A stretch of DNA of 64,000 nt from Pseudogymnoascus verrucosus (Eukaryota), in NCBI GenBank assembly GCA_001662655.1, contig KV460217.1; one strand, given 5' to 3'. The notes beneath the pieces are model-generated. The model had not been told where the DNA came from and did not search any database. It was given only the letters and a program-made list of their open reading frames with translations. Below, piece after piece: positions 1 through 13,117 of the stretch (the first letter of the stretch is position 1; every line of letters starts with the position of its first letter). A program made the position numbers and the translations under genes.

Positions 1-808
1 GGACGAGACTGCGGTTGTCGCTATGGAGAAGCTCATTAAGGGATCAGAGGAGCAGGCTTTGTCAATCAACGGCGAGAAGGTCAACACTACCTGTAAGTTT
101 TACCACACCCCCGTCAAACGCTCACAACTAATAACGCAAACAGACGCACAAATCAGACAAGCCGCCATTGACTTCCTCGCCACCCCAACTGACTACGAAA
201 CTGAGCAACCCACCGAAGACAGCACCGTCGCCACCGAATACCCCATCGGCACCGACCCCACCATCGCCAACGCAGGCCTCACCGAGATCGACGCCGTCCC
301 CACCGCCGACCTAACCACCAACGGCGACTCCAAGCCCGTCTCCCCCGCCGACTTCCCCACCAACTCCGGCTTCGGCGACGGCGCCAACGCCGCCGCAGAG
401 TCGAACTGGGATAACCAGAACAACAGCGCCAACGACCTCTCCGCCTCCTCGGAGTGGGTTGATGTCCGCCTCCCCCGCGACGCTGTCGAGACCGAGACTG
501 GCATCGACGCTACCCTCGCTGCACCAACAAACACCCAGAGCTGGGCGGATGAGCAGCCCGAGGCTCCTGCCCCTGCTGCGGCTCCTGCTGCGGCACCTGC
601 TGGAGACGGGTTCCATGAGGTGCAGCGTAACCGCGGTAACCGTGATGGACAGGGCCGTGGTGGACGTGGCCAGAGGGGAGGTGAGGGATATAGAGGCCGT
701 GGCGGATACCGTGGACGCGGCGGTAGCGGCGAGGGTGGACGTGGTGGCCGTGGCGCTCCTCGTTTCGGGGGGAACCGTGGAGGACCTCGTCCCCAGGAGG
801 CGTCGTAG
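1..808 (+). CDS. 3' part of a conserved fungal protein with acidic/Pro-Ala linker and C-terminal RGG box (YAG7-like putative RNA-binding protein); 5' end outside window
   Basis: Open frame to TAG 806-808; SWADE motif followed by DGFHEV and RGG repeats; probable in-frame 51-nt intron 93-143 (GTAAGT..CTAAT..CAG). Family assignment from recall. Confidence 0.7.
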   Translation, partial: DETAVVAMEKLIKGSEEQALSINGEKVNTTCKFYHTPVKRSQLITQTDAQIRQAAIDFLATPTDYETEQPTEDSTVATEYPIGTDPTIANAGLTEIDAVPTADLTTNGDSKPVSPADFPTNSGFGDGANAAAESNWDNQNNSANDLSASSEWVDVRLPRDAVETETGIDATLAAPTNTQSWADEQPEAPAPAAAPAAAPAGDGFHEVQRNRGNRDGQGRGGRGQRGGEGYRGRGGYRGRGGSGEGGRGGRGAPRFGGNRGGPRPQEAS

Positions 809-3003
809 GTGCGCTGATGATAAGTCTTGTTTGTCCCTTGTCTTCAGATGAAGCTGGGATTTGCAAAAATTTCTCGCTCGATCTGGCAATTTGCTGCACC
901 TAGGCGCTTGATGACGACTGTGCTTCTTCCGTCGATCTCGCCGCACGACATTACCGATACACATACACATACCCACACCACACCATCATACCACTTCCTC
1001 GCTTGTACTCCCTCACCAACCCCCCCTTCTTTTTGTTTTTGCCGCCATCCTCTCTCTCTCTCTCTCTCGCCACTACTACCACCACCACTACTACAGGGGG
1101 CAAACATGTACAATCTGCATAGCATTCGCATAGATGGAGCGTTGATGACATTTTTGCCGGTCCTTTGCATTTGATGGGATTTGTTTTTTTTTGCTTTTTT
1201 TTGTTGTCCCCAAACACCGGCGTCGATAGGGGGAAGGATGGAATGGTGGATGAGGGGGCGGAAAATGCGTGGAGAGTGGCTCAGGCGGGTTGTATTGTAT
1301 GGGATGGGATGGACGGGGGGTGGGTAGCTTAGGCTAGATAGATGGGGGGTGGGAATGGGAATGATATTGTAACGGTATTTGGAGGTTGTATGGTTATTAT
1401 GTGAGTTAGTTGGTGAGGATGTGTGATTTTCTTGGGGTATGATGGGTTTGATAACTACTTCGATTGTGGAGGGAGGTGAGTGGTTCATACTTCTATCTGA
1501 TGCTGTCTAACCACTGATAGGTCGCGCAACCTCAGCCACGACGACTGGGTAGCGGGTGTGAAACGTGAAGCTGCATGCAACTAGTCGTCCAACGTTGTTT
1601 AATTCTAGACAGAAATGATCACCACAGTCTATCTCCACCGCTTCCTGCTGGTACAAGATAATGCCGTCATACCGTCCGCGACGTTCACCAACGACCTACC
1701 TATCGATGAAGTGAAGTTTTTCTCCCTCCCTACATACTCCATTCCCATCATCCCATACTAACCGCCACATCCTCCCCATCACCATCGCCATCCCATCCCA
1801 TCGTGTACCCGCACAATACCGCAGACCCCTTCAACCCAGCCGCCCTACCGATAGTGCATGTCCCTCAATCGGTGCCACTTTGACGTGTGGTGTGTGGAGG
1901 TGACCCCTGACTTAAGCGACACTCTCCCCCCATTTGCGGGGAAAGGGTTCGAGCTAGAGATGTGGTGCGATGTGAGGGATGCACGACACCTTTTTCACGC
2001 AGCAGCCACTTGACTGAGATGATGCGCTGTTGATGATGATGATGATGATGATGGGGGATGCGGGTTTGGGGCCGAGGTACGGGAATGGTAAATGAAATCG
2101 GGGGATGCGCGACGACAGTTGGGAGTGTGTGTGGTGGTTGGTGTAAGCTTGCTTGCTACTGGCAAGCATCTTGTGGGATCCTGGGTTGATGACGATGATG
2201 ATGCGGTGCTGGGCTGGGGATCTTATCTGATCAAAAAGAGGCTTGATGGATAGAGGAGGGAGGTGGAGAAGAAGAACCCCCCCTGAGAGTGAGATAAGGT
2301 GCGCCCGCGTCGTCCGCCCAGTCTGGGGAGGGAGATCTGAAGAGGGGAAGTATGGAGCAGTATAACGAAAGCAGCATAAGCAAGGTATTGAGATTCTTTC
2401 GTATATAAATAAATATATATTTTGTAATATAAGACTCTGATAATCACAATATAACAAATAAAACTCGTACTTACACAGTATAACCTCCGATTTCCAGTCT
2501 ACAACAATTCCATACTTCTCCCGTCCATCCTCACGATTTTCCAAGGTCTCCACGCCCCCATCCCACTGATCTCGCTTACCATCCCCACCATCCCCAAACA
2601 AGCCTAGCCTCACTACCACCCAACCTTCGCCTTGCACTCAGTGATCTCGAACCACAGAAGAGGCGGAACTGCACGAACTTGCACGGTACCTCACTACAAC
2701 TACAACTACCACTCTTCAATCGACGACACTATCACCACTATTCCCAGCGAAACCACTCAACGAAACTCTCTGAATGCGCGCGGAGAGGAGGTTAACTATT
2801 GTCTATACTTTACAGTGACCCTTCTGCCCTCTGTTGGCGCACCGAAACTCACTCGACTTCACGACTGCTGCGAACTGCGATACTACCGAGAGCCAACCAA
2901 CCAGCCCCACACCCACACTTCACGAAACCAGATCGACGACCGCCGCAGCGCCGCGTAGCGCAGGCACACGACACACTGAGAGGCCGCATGTAGGCACGCC
3001 GCG

Positions 3004-6000
3004 ATGAGTAGCGATGTGATAGCTGGCGTGGTGGCGCCGGTGGTGGTGGTCGACGACGACAGCGCTGCGAAGACGGCGGCTGGACTGTTCTCGCCCCCGG
3101 ATAGTAAGAAGAGGATGGTGTTTGAGGATAGCGATTCGGAGCTGAGCGAGTTGGATGAGGAGGGGTATTCGATTGGTGCGCGGCCTGGGATGGGGGAGGT
3201 GAAGGAGGAGAGGGAGGGGGGAGGGGGGAAGGATGAAGCTGGGGCGGTTGGCGAGGAGAGGAAACCCGAGGAGGAAGAGGCTGCTGAGGAGAAGGAGCCG
3301 GAGGTGGATGTGGATGATATTGGGGAGGTGGTGCCGGATCACTATGCGGATGAGGGGAGAGTGCCGGTGTTCAAACCGACGATGCACCAGTTTAAGGACT
3401 TCCAGGTTTATGTGAGATCCCCCCCGCGACGTGTGTCAGTTATGACGCCGTAGCTAACGTTGTACGCAGATGGATCGCATCAACAAATACGGCATGCAAT
3501 CCGGCATTGTGAAAGTGGTCCCCCCACAAGAGTGGCTCGACAACCAACCCGCGCCTGACGAAATCATCAAGACGATTCGAGTTCGCGAGCCGATCAAGCA
3601 GGATATCATGGGCACGAATGGGACGTATCGCCAGATGAACCTGCTGCACCAGAGAGCGTATAATCTTCCGGAGTGGCGCCAATTGTGCGATCAGACTGAA
3701 CATCAGCCTCCTGCGCGACGTGGTGAGGTGCGCGCGACGCAGGAGAAGACGAGGAGTAGCGGTCGCGTTAAGAAGGAGAGCACACCAGCGGGGGAGAGAG
3801 TGGCTGCGCAGTCGAGAAAGAAGAATGGGCGGGCGTCGAGGAAGAGCTTGGCTCAGAAAGACGCGGATAAGGACCAGAAGGAGAGGCTGCCAACACCGAC
3901 TTCTCCACCCATCAAGCCGGACGATGACGCCGAGGCACCCAATCTAGAGCTGCTCGAGGAGGACGAGCCACCGCGTAAGCGTATGGGTGGTGGTGGTGGC
4001 GGACGGGGAGGGAAGGCTACTACGGTGTCTTCGCGCCGCAAGTACGGCCGCAGAGAAACGGCAGGAAAGATCGATGAAGCTGCATTCGAGAACTTCGAGT
4101 ACAAGATGGACATCTCCGATTACACTCCCGAACGCTGCGAAGAGCTCGAGCGCGCCTACTGGAAGACCTTGACTTACGCACCTCCGCTGTACGGCGCGGA
4201 TATGTTGGGGTCTCTGTTTGACGAGAGGACGACTACTTGGAACCTTGGAAATCTGCCGAATTTACTGGATGTTATGGGCACCAAGATTCCGGGTGTTAAT
4301 ACGGCTTATCTGTACCTTGGGATGTGGAAGGCTACGTTCGCGTGGCATTTGGAGGATGTCGATCTCTACAGTATCAATTACCTCCACTTCGGTGCTCCCA
4401 AACACTGGTACAGCATTTCGCAGCGGGACGCGAGGAAGTTTGAGGCTGCTATGAAGAGCATCTGGCCCACGGATGCTAAAGAATGCGATCAGTTCCTCCG
4501 ACACAAGACATTCCTCATCTCTCCATCTACTCTCCTCAAGAACTACGGCATCAAGGCCAACAAAATCACGCATTTCCCCGGGGAGTTCATGATCACTTTC
4601 CCATACGGATACCATTCTGGATTTAATATGGGCTATAACTGTGCTGAGGCTGTCAACTTCGCGATGCCATCCTGGCTGGAGATGGGACGGATTGCGAAGA
4701 AGTGCGATTGCGCCCAGGCTCAGGACAGTGTCTGGATCGATGTTGCACAGATTGAGCGCAAGATGCGTGGAGAAGAGACTGATTACGAGGAAACTGACGA
4801 GGAGGAGGAAGAAGAGGAAGATGAGGGCCCGACCGATCTCCCAACTCCTCCGGAAAGCAGTGGCGATGCAAAACTTAAACAGCCTCGACGCAAGCGGAAG
4901 CGTGTCGTTTCTGATAAGGATGGAGTAGACAGGACGAAGCGCATTCGCATCCGCATGAAGATCTCAAGCGAGCCTTGCTGTCTGTGTCCTAACGACATCA
5001 AAACACAACCTCTCATCCCCACCGAAGATGGCCGTAAAGTGCATCGCCTCTGCGCCGAATACACCCCCGAAACCGACATCGACGAAGGCATCGTCTACAA
5101 CGTCTCCGCGATCGGAAAGGACCGCCTCGATCTCAAGTGCATGTTCTGCCACAGCCGGAAGGGCGCCAAGATCCAATGCTCGCAGCGGAAGTGCACTCGG
5201 TCGTACCACGCCACGTGCGCGGCGGCTGCGGGCATGTTTGTCGAGACGGGGGAGATCCCGGTGTTTGGCGAGGATGGGACGGAGTACAAGCAGCAGGGTA
5301 TTGAGTTTAGTTGTCGCTTCCATCGCGCGAAGAGGGATAAGAAGCTGGATGAGTATGCGTTGGAGGAGGATGAGGATATTAGTCGGGCGGCGATGGCGGT
5401 GAAGGAGGGGGAGATCTGCCAGTTTCAGTTCTTGAGGAAGGAGATCTTTGCGGGTGTTGTGGTGGAGAATAGGACGAGCGAAGAGGTGCTGCTTGTTGAT
5501 ATCTTGCCTTCTGGGTATGTATTCCGATTGCGTGGTGTGAAAGCGGGTGGGCCGTGGCTAATACATAACAGTGATCGGTTCGAAGTTCAGTATAAGTATA
5601 TTCTGCTACCAGATCCTACCGACTTCCATCTACCTAAACCCTCCGACAAGGCAATCCCGATGCCAAGATCACGACACGCGAAGGATGCCCTCGTCACAAC
5701 CAAACGCCACGCCGATGACCTACCAAGAAAAGACGACGCCTTTGTCGAAGGCGCCACTTGGGCAGAGTTCAACTCCTTTAACACACCTAGGAACCCGGCT
5801 CAGGTCAAGGTCGACCTATCGAAGGAGAGGCAGGTTATGTATTATATGGGCAAGACCTCGACGGAAGCCAAAGCACAGTATACAGCGGATTGGACAAAAC
5901 CAGTCTACGATACCAGATGCAACTTCCTCGAGACCATTCCCAAGCCACCCCCAGCACCGCGGGCTTCATATCCAGCCTCTTACCCTCGGCCGAGTGGGCG

Positions 6001-7726
6001 CGCTATCAATCCCTCCAGACCGGCGCCTCCAAGGCCGCCGACGACATCTTACAAGCCCATTCTACCGCCTTCCTATTCGCAGCCGCAACAGGTATCTGTT
6101 AAATCGGATAAACCATACGTATATAAGCCCAAGGCCGAACAGTACTATGCAGATCGACAGGTTAACAATTCGCAGCTGTCCTATACACAAGATCCTTCCC
6201 AGCAATACCGGCAGCAGTCGCAGCCATATCCTTATGGAACGGATTCACGATGGAGGCCTGCGGATAATAGGGCACAGAGTCCATATGTCGCGCCGGCTCA
6301 ACCGCGAGGACCGGTCGCGCAGAACCATTACAATAATTTCAGTGCTCCCAATCCTCTACAACAGGGCAATAACCATACACCGCTCGCCCCGCATTCACAT
6401 TCCCATCCCCAGGCCATGCAGGCGAAGCAAACCCATAACGAAAGCTCCGTCCAAAAACCTACCGCGAAATCCCACGGCCACCGATCCTCAAGTTCAAGCG
6501 CCTTCAAATTCAACGATGTCTTCCAGAAATACCCATACCTCCAGAAACAGCACAACAAAGCACCAGGCACCTACCGCTCCCCGTACCGGCAGGACATGTT
6601 GGGCTTCTGCAACGGCTACGAGGGGGACTTTAGGAAACATATGGAGGCTCAGATGCGCAAGGATCCGAGGTTGCTATCTCAGCATATGATGCAAGCCAGC
6701 AGCGGGCAGCTATCATCACAACCCAAAACCACGACCGCGACTGCCGAGACGCCCAGGAAAACCTACCCAGCCATCCTCCCGCCGGCGAGAGAACCCTACA
6801 GTTCCCCAGCTGCGAGTTACTACCCCAACGGCGCCGCTGCCGCCGCCGCCACCGCCGCCACGTCGAACGCGCTGAAGCAGCAGCAGATGCTGCAGCCGCA
6901 GATTACGAAGCCGACGATGGCGGGGGGGCAGTGGGAGAAGAAGGAGGCGGGGGGGTTGCATCCGGCTATTAGGGCGGAGTATGCGAATGGTGGGGGGGTG
7001 GTGCAGGGGTACCAGGGTGGGGGGAGTGCAGTGGGGATGGTGAGGAGGGAGAGTCCAATTTTGCCGCCGGGGTATCAGAGGCCTCAAGTGCAGCCTCAGA
7101 CGCCGCAACTACAACCTCAGCAACAGGCAGAATCTCCTGCAGCGGGGCAGTGGAACGCACACCTCCACCAGCCCCAGCAGCAGATGACCCACGTCGCGAC
7201 TCCCCCACCACCACCGCCGCAACAGCAGCAGCAGTCGGGGTCAGTACACATGAGTCCCGCAGCACAATATTACTCCCGCCCCCCCTCGCGACCGCAGTCT
7301 TCTCCGCTCACGCAGCTGGCGTTGCAGCCGCAGGTGAACGCTGCTGCGGTTGAGAATGTACCGCCGCCGGTGCAGAATTTCTCGCAGAGTTATAGTAAGC
7401 CTGTTAAGAGCTTTTATTCGGATACTTATCATGCTGTTGGGGTGGTGGGGAGGAAGGGGGGTGTAGCTGCTGTTGCTACACCAGTTGCAATGGCGCACGG
7501 TGGTCCGGTGTTGAGTTTACCACCCCAGCAGGTGGTGGAGACTAAATCCAACAGCTTCACTGGCGCCCCTGTTGCGTTGGAGACTAAAATCCCAGACAGT
7601 GCTGCTGCTGGGGCGATGGATGGTGTACAGATGGGTGAGATCCCAGAAATGGACACCGATTCGGCGGGGATGATGGAGACGCTTATGCGGAACCTGCAGA
7701 GGGCTGCGAGGCAGGGACAAGTTTAA
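3004..7726 (+). CDS. kdmA: JmjN/JmjC histone demethylase, KDM4/Rph1/KdmA family, with PHD-like (HC5HC2H) finger and long P/Q-rich tail
   Basis: Exon 3004-3411 (VPVFKPTM, JmjN) joins 3470 in frame via intron 3412-3469; JmjC motifs AWHLEDVDLYSINY and YGYHSGFN; Cys/His finger CCLC..HRLC..CMFC..YHATC; second in-frame intron 5515-5571. Confidence 0.92.
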
Positions 7727-9465
7727 CCTTGTCCTGTTTCTGTACATGAGGGGAGGAGGAGGGTGGGGGGGTGTAGGAATAGGGAGTGATGACGACGAGT
7801 GATGCTTGGGATGTGGAAATTGGGAGGGAAGGCGTTGTACAAATATTTATTATACCTGCGCGGCGCGGGACAGTTACAGTTGCAGCCACTTCGATGGAGG
7901 AGGGCTTGTCGGCTTTTTGATGGGGGTTTTTTGCTGCTCATTCTTTTTCTTCGATTCTTTGGGGGGCGGTGTAGATGCCTCGAGTATATTAGGATTGGGG
8001 TGGTTAATTTGTGCGTTTGTAGCGTTTGGGTTTGGGAATGGAGGGGGAAGGGGGAGAGGTGTAATTGTATGTGAGTTACAGGGGAGCTCATGGTTGAACA
8101 GAACAGAACGGATGGCTGGATGGATAGCCGGCTGGGAGGGGGGAGGAGTGTGTGCGTGATATACATTCGAATACAAGTCCGTTATTCGGAATCTTTCGTG
8201 TGTGCTTGAGTGCTTGATGGGTGTTTGTGTGATGTTGAAGTGAATTGTGGTGCTTGTTGTGATAACTAGTCCCCTCATAGTTGTAGATGTAAACCTGCTT
8301 TAAGAGGGCTTGTTAACGATGAAGCAAAGCCAGGATCAGTCGCCAGAATCAGAAGGCAGCGATTATTCAGCAACATCTCGAGTGATATAATAGGATCCCA
8401 GCTCCAACTCTTAATACCTCGAAGGAGGGTGTTAAGTGCGACCGAAGCCGGAAAATGGGGCTAAGTCACGAAAATTGAATTTAACCCCCTCAAAAAGGGG
8501 AAATAAATCCTTCTCAATATAAATTATCTCCTCACAGCAATCATCAACTTAGAAAATCAACCATTACCAACCTTAAGAACAAAACTATGGTGGCTCCGTT
8601 TCGTATGTGTAAGCTCTGCCGGGGGGATGTTGAAGGATTTGATGAGGAAGGGGGCTTGGGTGGGGGTGCTGTTGCTGTCGCTGTTGGTATGCTGTCACTG
8701 TGTATTGCTCTCACTTCGTATGCTGTCACTGTCGCTGTGATACTGTCACTGTGCATATTCCGTCACCACTCCACTCCCCAACCACCGAATCTCGAAATGG
8801 TCTGAAGCGCCATCCAACGGTCCACCTCCCCTCCTGTACTGCTAACCCTCCATGAATACTTCTCAAAGTACCCCAACCTTAAACATCCCGTGAGCCTCGA
8901 CGTTTGGTTTATCTACAGATTTCCTTGCCTCCACCCAGTCCACCTTGATTTTAACTCCGCGAAGGACCGACCCGTCTCCCGGCGGATTGGTTTTAACAAA
9001 GGGGATTCGTTATAAAATAATAATGGCTTGGGATCACAGGTGGCACACGAATAAGGCATAGAAGGATATTGTGGAGTGGACTTTTTATTTATTGTAGTTA
9101 CTCATACAACAGACTTGGTTCGGTATATTTGGTGGTGTGAAAACCCTCGTGTGATCATCAACTATCCATTCTCATCCTCATTCCCATATCGTCTCGCGAC
9201 CCGTTGAGTCACCGTAAAGAAGCATCTGTCCGCCTTTTCTGAAGGTCTTTCCGCCTGTCTGCAAAAAAAACCCAGTAAATCGATCAGAAGAAACGCAAAT
9301 TATCCATCTTCTCATCTGATCTTGATTTCAAAAGATTATGTTTTTGGTATCCCCCGGAAAAAAATGTGCATGCAAGCAATCCCTTCGTTTCGTGTCTGTA
9401 ATTCAGTAAATTGTACAATCATAAAAAATGAACCATCCTATTGATGTTGCAACGTGCATCCCCCA

Positions 9466-11107
9466 TCAAAGGTGGTCCTCAGCGTACTGAGCCCAGAACC
9501 CCGATGATCTATCACTTGACTTCTTCTCAAATGAGTATGACATGGAGAGGGGCGAGAAAGAGACCTTCTTCTTCAAGGAACCTTGGGGAGAACTTCCTTC
9601 GGCCGAGAATAGCTCCTCTTCAGAGTGGATGGGGTGACGTTCGACAGTTCCAGTACTCGCATCGTCCTCCTCTGGACCGTCTTGGAAGGGGTCTTCGTTG
9701 ACTTCCGTTACGCTCGTGTCGTCTTTGGTAGGCGTTATGGGGATAGATTTGATGCTCGTGTTGTCCTTGATTGGAGTTATGGGAATAGATGTGATGCTCT
9801 CATCGTCCGACTCATCCTCAGAGTTCTCTGGGTCACCTTCATCATCTGCCTTTTCATCATCACTTGGGTTTATGGATGCGCCAGCAAGGTCAGGTTTATC
9901 TTTACCAAGCTTGATCTTTCGGAAAGCCTTGTAAACCTTCTTGTATGTGTGTTCCCACTGCGCATTAACCACCTCCGATTCACGTGGAGGGGCGCCTGGA
10001 TAACGTTTAAGGCGCTGATACTGGTACTTCGCCATCAACTTGGAAGTCTGGTATCTCACAGCGGCGTCGAGGTCAATGGGCTCTAGCGGCGTATCGATGC
10101 CTGCTCTCGTGATATTGGCGAGAGGGTGTGGCAGACCTGTGGGCTCCGAGGTCCACGCAACTGCTGGACGGGGTCCCGTGATAGGGAAAGGGTCTTCCGG
10201 AGGGTTGACGAACTCTTCGATCTCTTGAATGAGTAAGTCCATGCGAATCGGGACGCGCTCGACTGTGTCAAAGGGTGATGTTGTATAAAGCACAAAGTCG
10301 GGCTTTCCAATACTCTCGCTTGGTTCGTCGGGAGTGAAGAACAGATTGACTGGTTCGGAAGTAGTCCTGTCAAAGTCGTATATAGTAGGGGATTGCCGTC
10401 CATGAGTGAAATCCTCCCCTCCTTCACCAAGACTGGATGACCGTTGGGCGAATGGAGCTGCGGGGACTATGGTGACGACCTTGAAGACGTCTGATCCAAT
10501 GTGATCGCGCAGAGACAGCATGAGAGACAGATGATGCATGGGGTAAGTGATGATGAGGAAGCGGATATCGGGGTTCCCAGCAAGATAGATTTCCAGAAGG
10601 CGAGTTACGACGGTGGCCATATATCTGGGGTTCTTGAATGGATTAGAGGCCTGCTGGATCAACATCTGCCTCGAGTGTGATTGCATGACATGTGAAACGA
10701 AATAGCTGGGTCAGAGTCAGATCAGTCTTCAACCATAGGACTGAAACCCAGATAACCACTTACAAGACTTCAACTCTGGCAGTTCGGCCAGGCTGATCTG
10801 GGTGATATCCGAGACTCTCGATTCGATCCAGGGTATCAGCAACAACTTTCTTGCTCACAGAAACATCACAGCCCAGAGCGATGATCTGCTTCACAGTGCG
10901 ATCTTCCACGTCATAGTCGAAATCGTTCATGAAACCCGTTTCGTCTCGTTGCGGAAAGTCTGCCATGGTGGAATGGTCTGAAGATTCTACTTCGGGTTCT
11001 TCCTCCAGTGGGTGAAAGTCAACTCGGCGGATCTCTGACTTCAGAACATGTCGTTTTACCAAAGGCTTTTTGTTTATCATGAAGTCGTCCACCATTGGGG
11101 CAGCCAT
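9466..11107 (-). CDS. Hypothetical protein, two exons, acidic C-terminal region
   Basis: ORFs 10760-11107 and 9466-10686 join in frame through a 58-nt intron 10763-10706 (GTAAGT..CTGAC..CAG). No function recognised. Confidence 0.6.
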
Positions 11108-11579
11108 GACTCTGCAGAGAAAGTGTTGATCTTTGTGTTCTGAATTAGATTTGAAGTGTGTTGAGCAAGGAAGAAAGGAAGATGCGTTGAAGGTGGAAAA
11201 AGGAAATCACTGGCCGAGGGTTGTAACAAAGGTTCAGTGAAATAGCACTGATAAGCGGCCAAATATTGTGAAGATGGGTATCTATTAGCGGAAAATTGTT
11301 TGTGGGGTTGTTGTTAATACTTAGAGATAAATGCAGTTGGCGGTTGTGAAATCTTAAAGGAGGCAGAGGCTGGCAATGGAAAGTTTGACACCGGGTTGGG
11401 ACAGGAGTGAATTTCCTACAAACATACAGACGCAATTCCCAGCCGAGGAATTAAAAGACTTGCACTTGCACTTGCACATTTTACTATCTACCAATTTTGT
11501 TTGGTTGAGACAGAATCATATAAGATAAACCCACCATTGGGAGCAAGGACAGACGAGGTGTATAATCATAGAATGATAT

Positions 11580-12892
11580 TCAATCACTATCGTCCATAAG
11601 TTCAGCCAGCTCGGCTTCTTCGTCTGCCGTCATCAAGCCTTTTGCAACCACTGGTTCAACTTCCTTGACAACCCCCTTGTCCTTTTCTTCTTTCTCCTTT
11701 ATCGCCGTTTGAAGGGAGGCCTTGTCTAGTGGCCATGTACGCACCGTACCATCAATACTCACACTGATGACTTCCCTTCCATCCTTCATCATTGCCAGCC
11801 CAGTAACTTCCTCGAAATGACCATCATATATGTGGTGAAGCTTGCCAGTATTACGGTCCCAAACCTTAACATCCTCATTTCGACCAGCTGTTATAACCCA
11901 ATCCGGAGTAAGGGCAACAGAGCGGACGTAGTCTCCCTGTTCAAATGTTTCCTCTGTTGCCCAAGCACGGCTTCTTGATAAGCATTTTGCATTGCCATCA
12001 GCGCTTGCTGACCATAAGTCGCCGTAATCGGAATCGAACAGCAGCCTGTATACGCTAGTTTCGTGCTCGTTAATGCCGTCTGTCTTCGAAACTACTGGTG
12101 CATCTTTGTCCGCATCTTCTAGTATCTGCTCTCCTTCAGTCAGAGTAGCCCGCCATCTGCGGATTTTTGGGTCGCTGCTGGACGTTGCAAATATAATTTC
12201 ATCGGCAGTCGAGTCAATCGGATCCACCGCTATATGCTGGATGGCAAGGAGGGTATCCATCTTGTCTCGTATAGTGTACAACCGTTGCCCAGTGGCAGTA
12301 TCCCAGACGATGATCTTCTTGTCTGCTCCTCCACTAATCAAGCACTGTAGTCCGTCTGGTCAGTACAGCCCCGTGTTTCGAAGCGTAGGCAAGGGGGGGT
12401 TCGGAACATACATCTTTGCCTGATATATTCACGCAGACAACGGTCTTCACGAAATCTGAGTGTCCCTTGTATCTCTTGCCTACGGCCGTAGTTTCCCGGT
12501 CCCAGCTCCATACATCTTTGTCCCAGCACCCCGCGAATACTGTTTGACCATTGTGCCCACCGATAGCCACTGAGGTGAGAGGGGCAGTTGGACCGCGATA
12601 AACAATCTTTGTATCTTTAGACTATAGTGCCCATAGTCAGCTTTGTTCAAATCCATGTTACTTTGAGATGGGTTGGCTCACCTACTTCAACGTTGATTTT
12701 TCTGATACACCCAGCACTCTCTGCCACAAACAAACATGTCGGCGATAACGGGTCTACAACCACATCCAAGATCTTAGATGTCAGCTTGATAGGATCGCCA
12801 TTCTTGTTACCGGACTTTGCAGCCCGGCGCGCGCGGATGGCCTCCGAAGCTTCGGATTGGAAGAAATGGCCAGGATCCGTGGAGCGAGACAT
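11580..12892 (-). CDS. WD40-repeat protein
   Basis: ATG at 12892 (MSRSTDPGHFF); introns 12685-12622 and 12411-12345 give one continuous frame; repeated GH..WD motifs (GHSDFV, IIVWD, VKVWD, GHFEEV). Confidence 0.85.
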
Positions 12893-13020
12893 CTTGAAGT
12901 CTGTGGATTTGGTTGTGGTTGAATCTGGAGTCAGATCCCAAATGCGAGGGGTAGCAACTGAAGTGGGGTTGGGTCCGATTGGAGAACCGACAGGGGTCCG
13001 ACCTGTGTAAGTGGTCTTTT

Positions 13021-13056
13021 GTCGCGTCGCGTCCACCGCGAAATAGTCCCGCGTCT
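13021..13056. promoter_or_regulatory. Cluster of MCB/SCB-like CGCG elements in the 225-bp WD40/CTF4 divergent promoter
   Basis: GTCGCGTCGCGTCCACCGCGAAATAGTCCCGCGTC: four CGCG cores incl. CGCGAAA, ~60-100 bp upstream of a replication gene. Confidence 0.6.
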
Positions 13057-13117
13057 CCCATTCTCAACATCACCACTTCCATGCGCCGACGGTTATTTTC
13101 CGACAACACTGAAGAAA

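Noticed and set aside
844..2958. ORFs of 100-227 aa between the first gene and KDM4
   Set aside because: Low-complexity, microsatellite-containing UTR/promoter sequence without motifs.
8660..8760. GCTGTC(A/G)-rich degenerate repeat with small ORFs on both strands
   Set aside because: Short slippage-type repeat; no support for coding.
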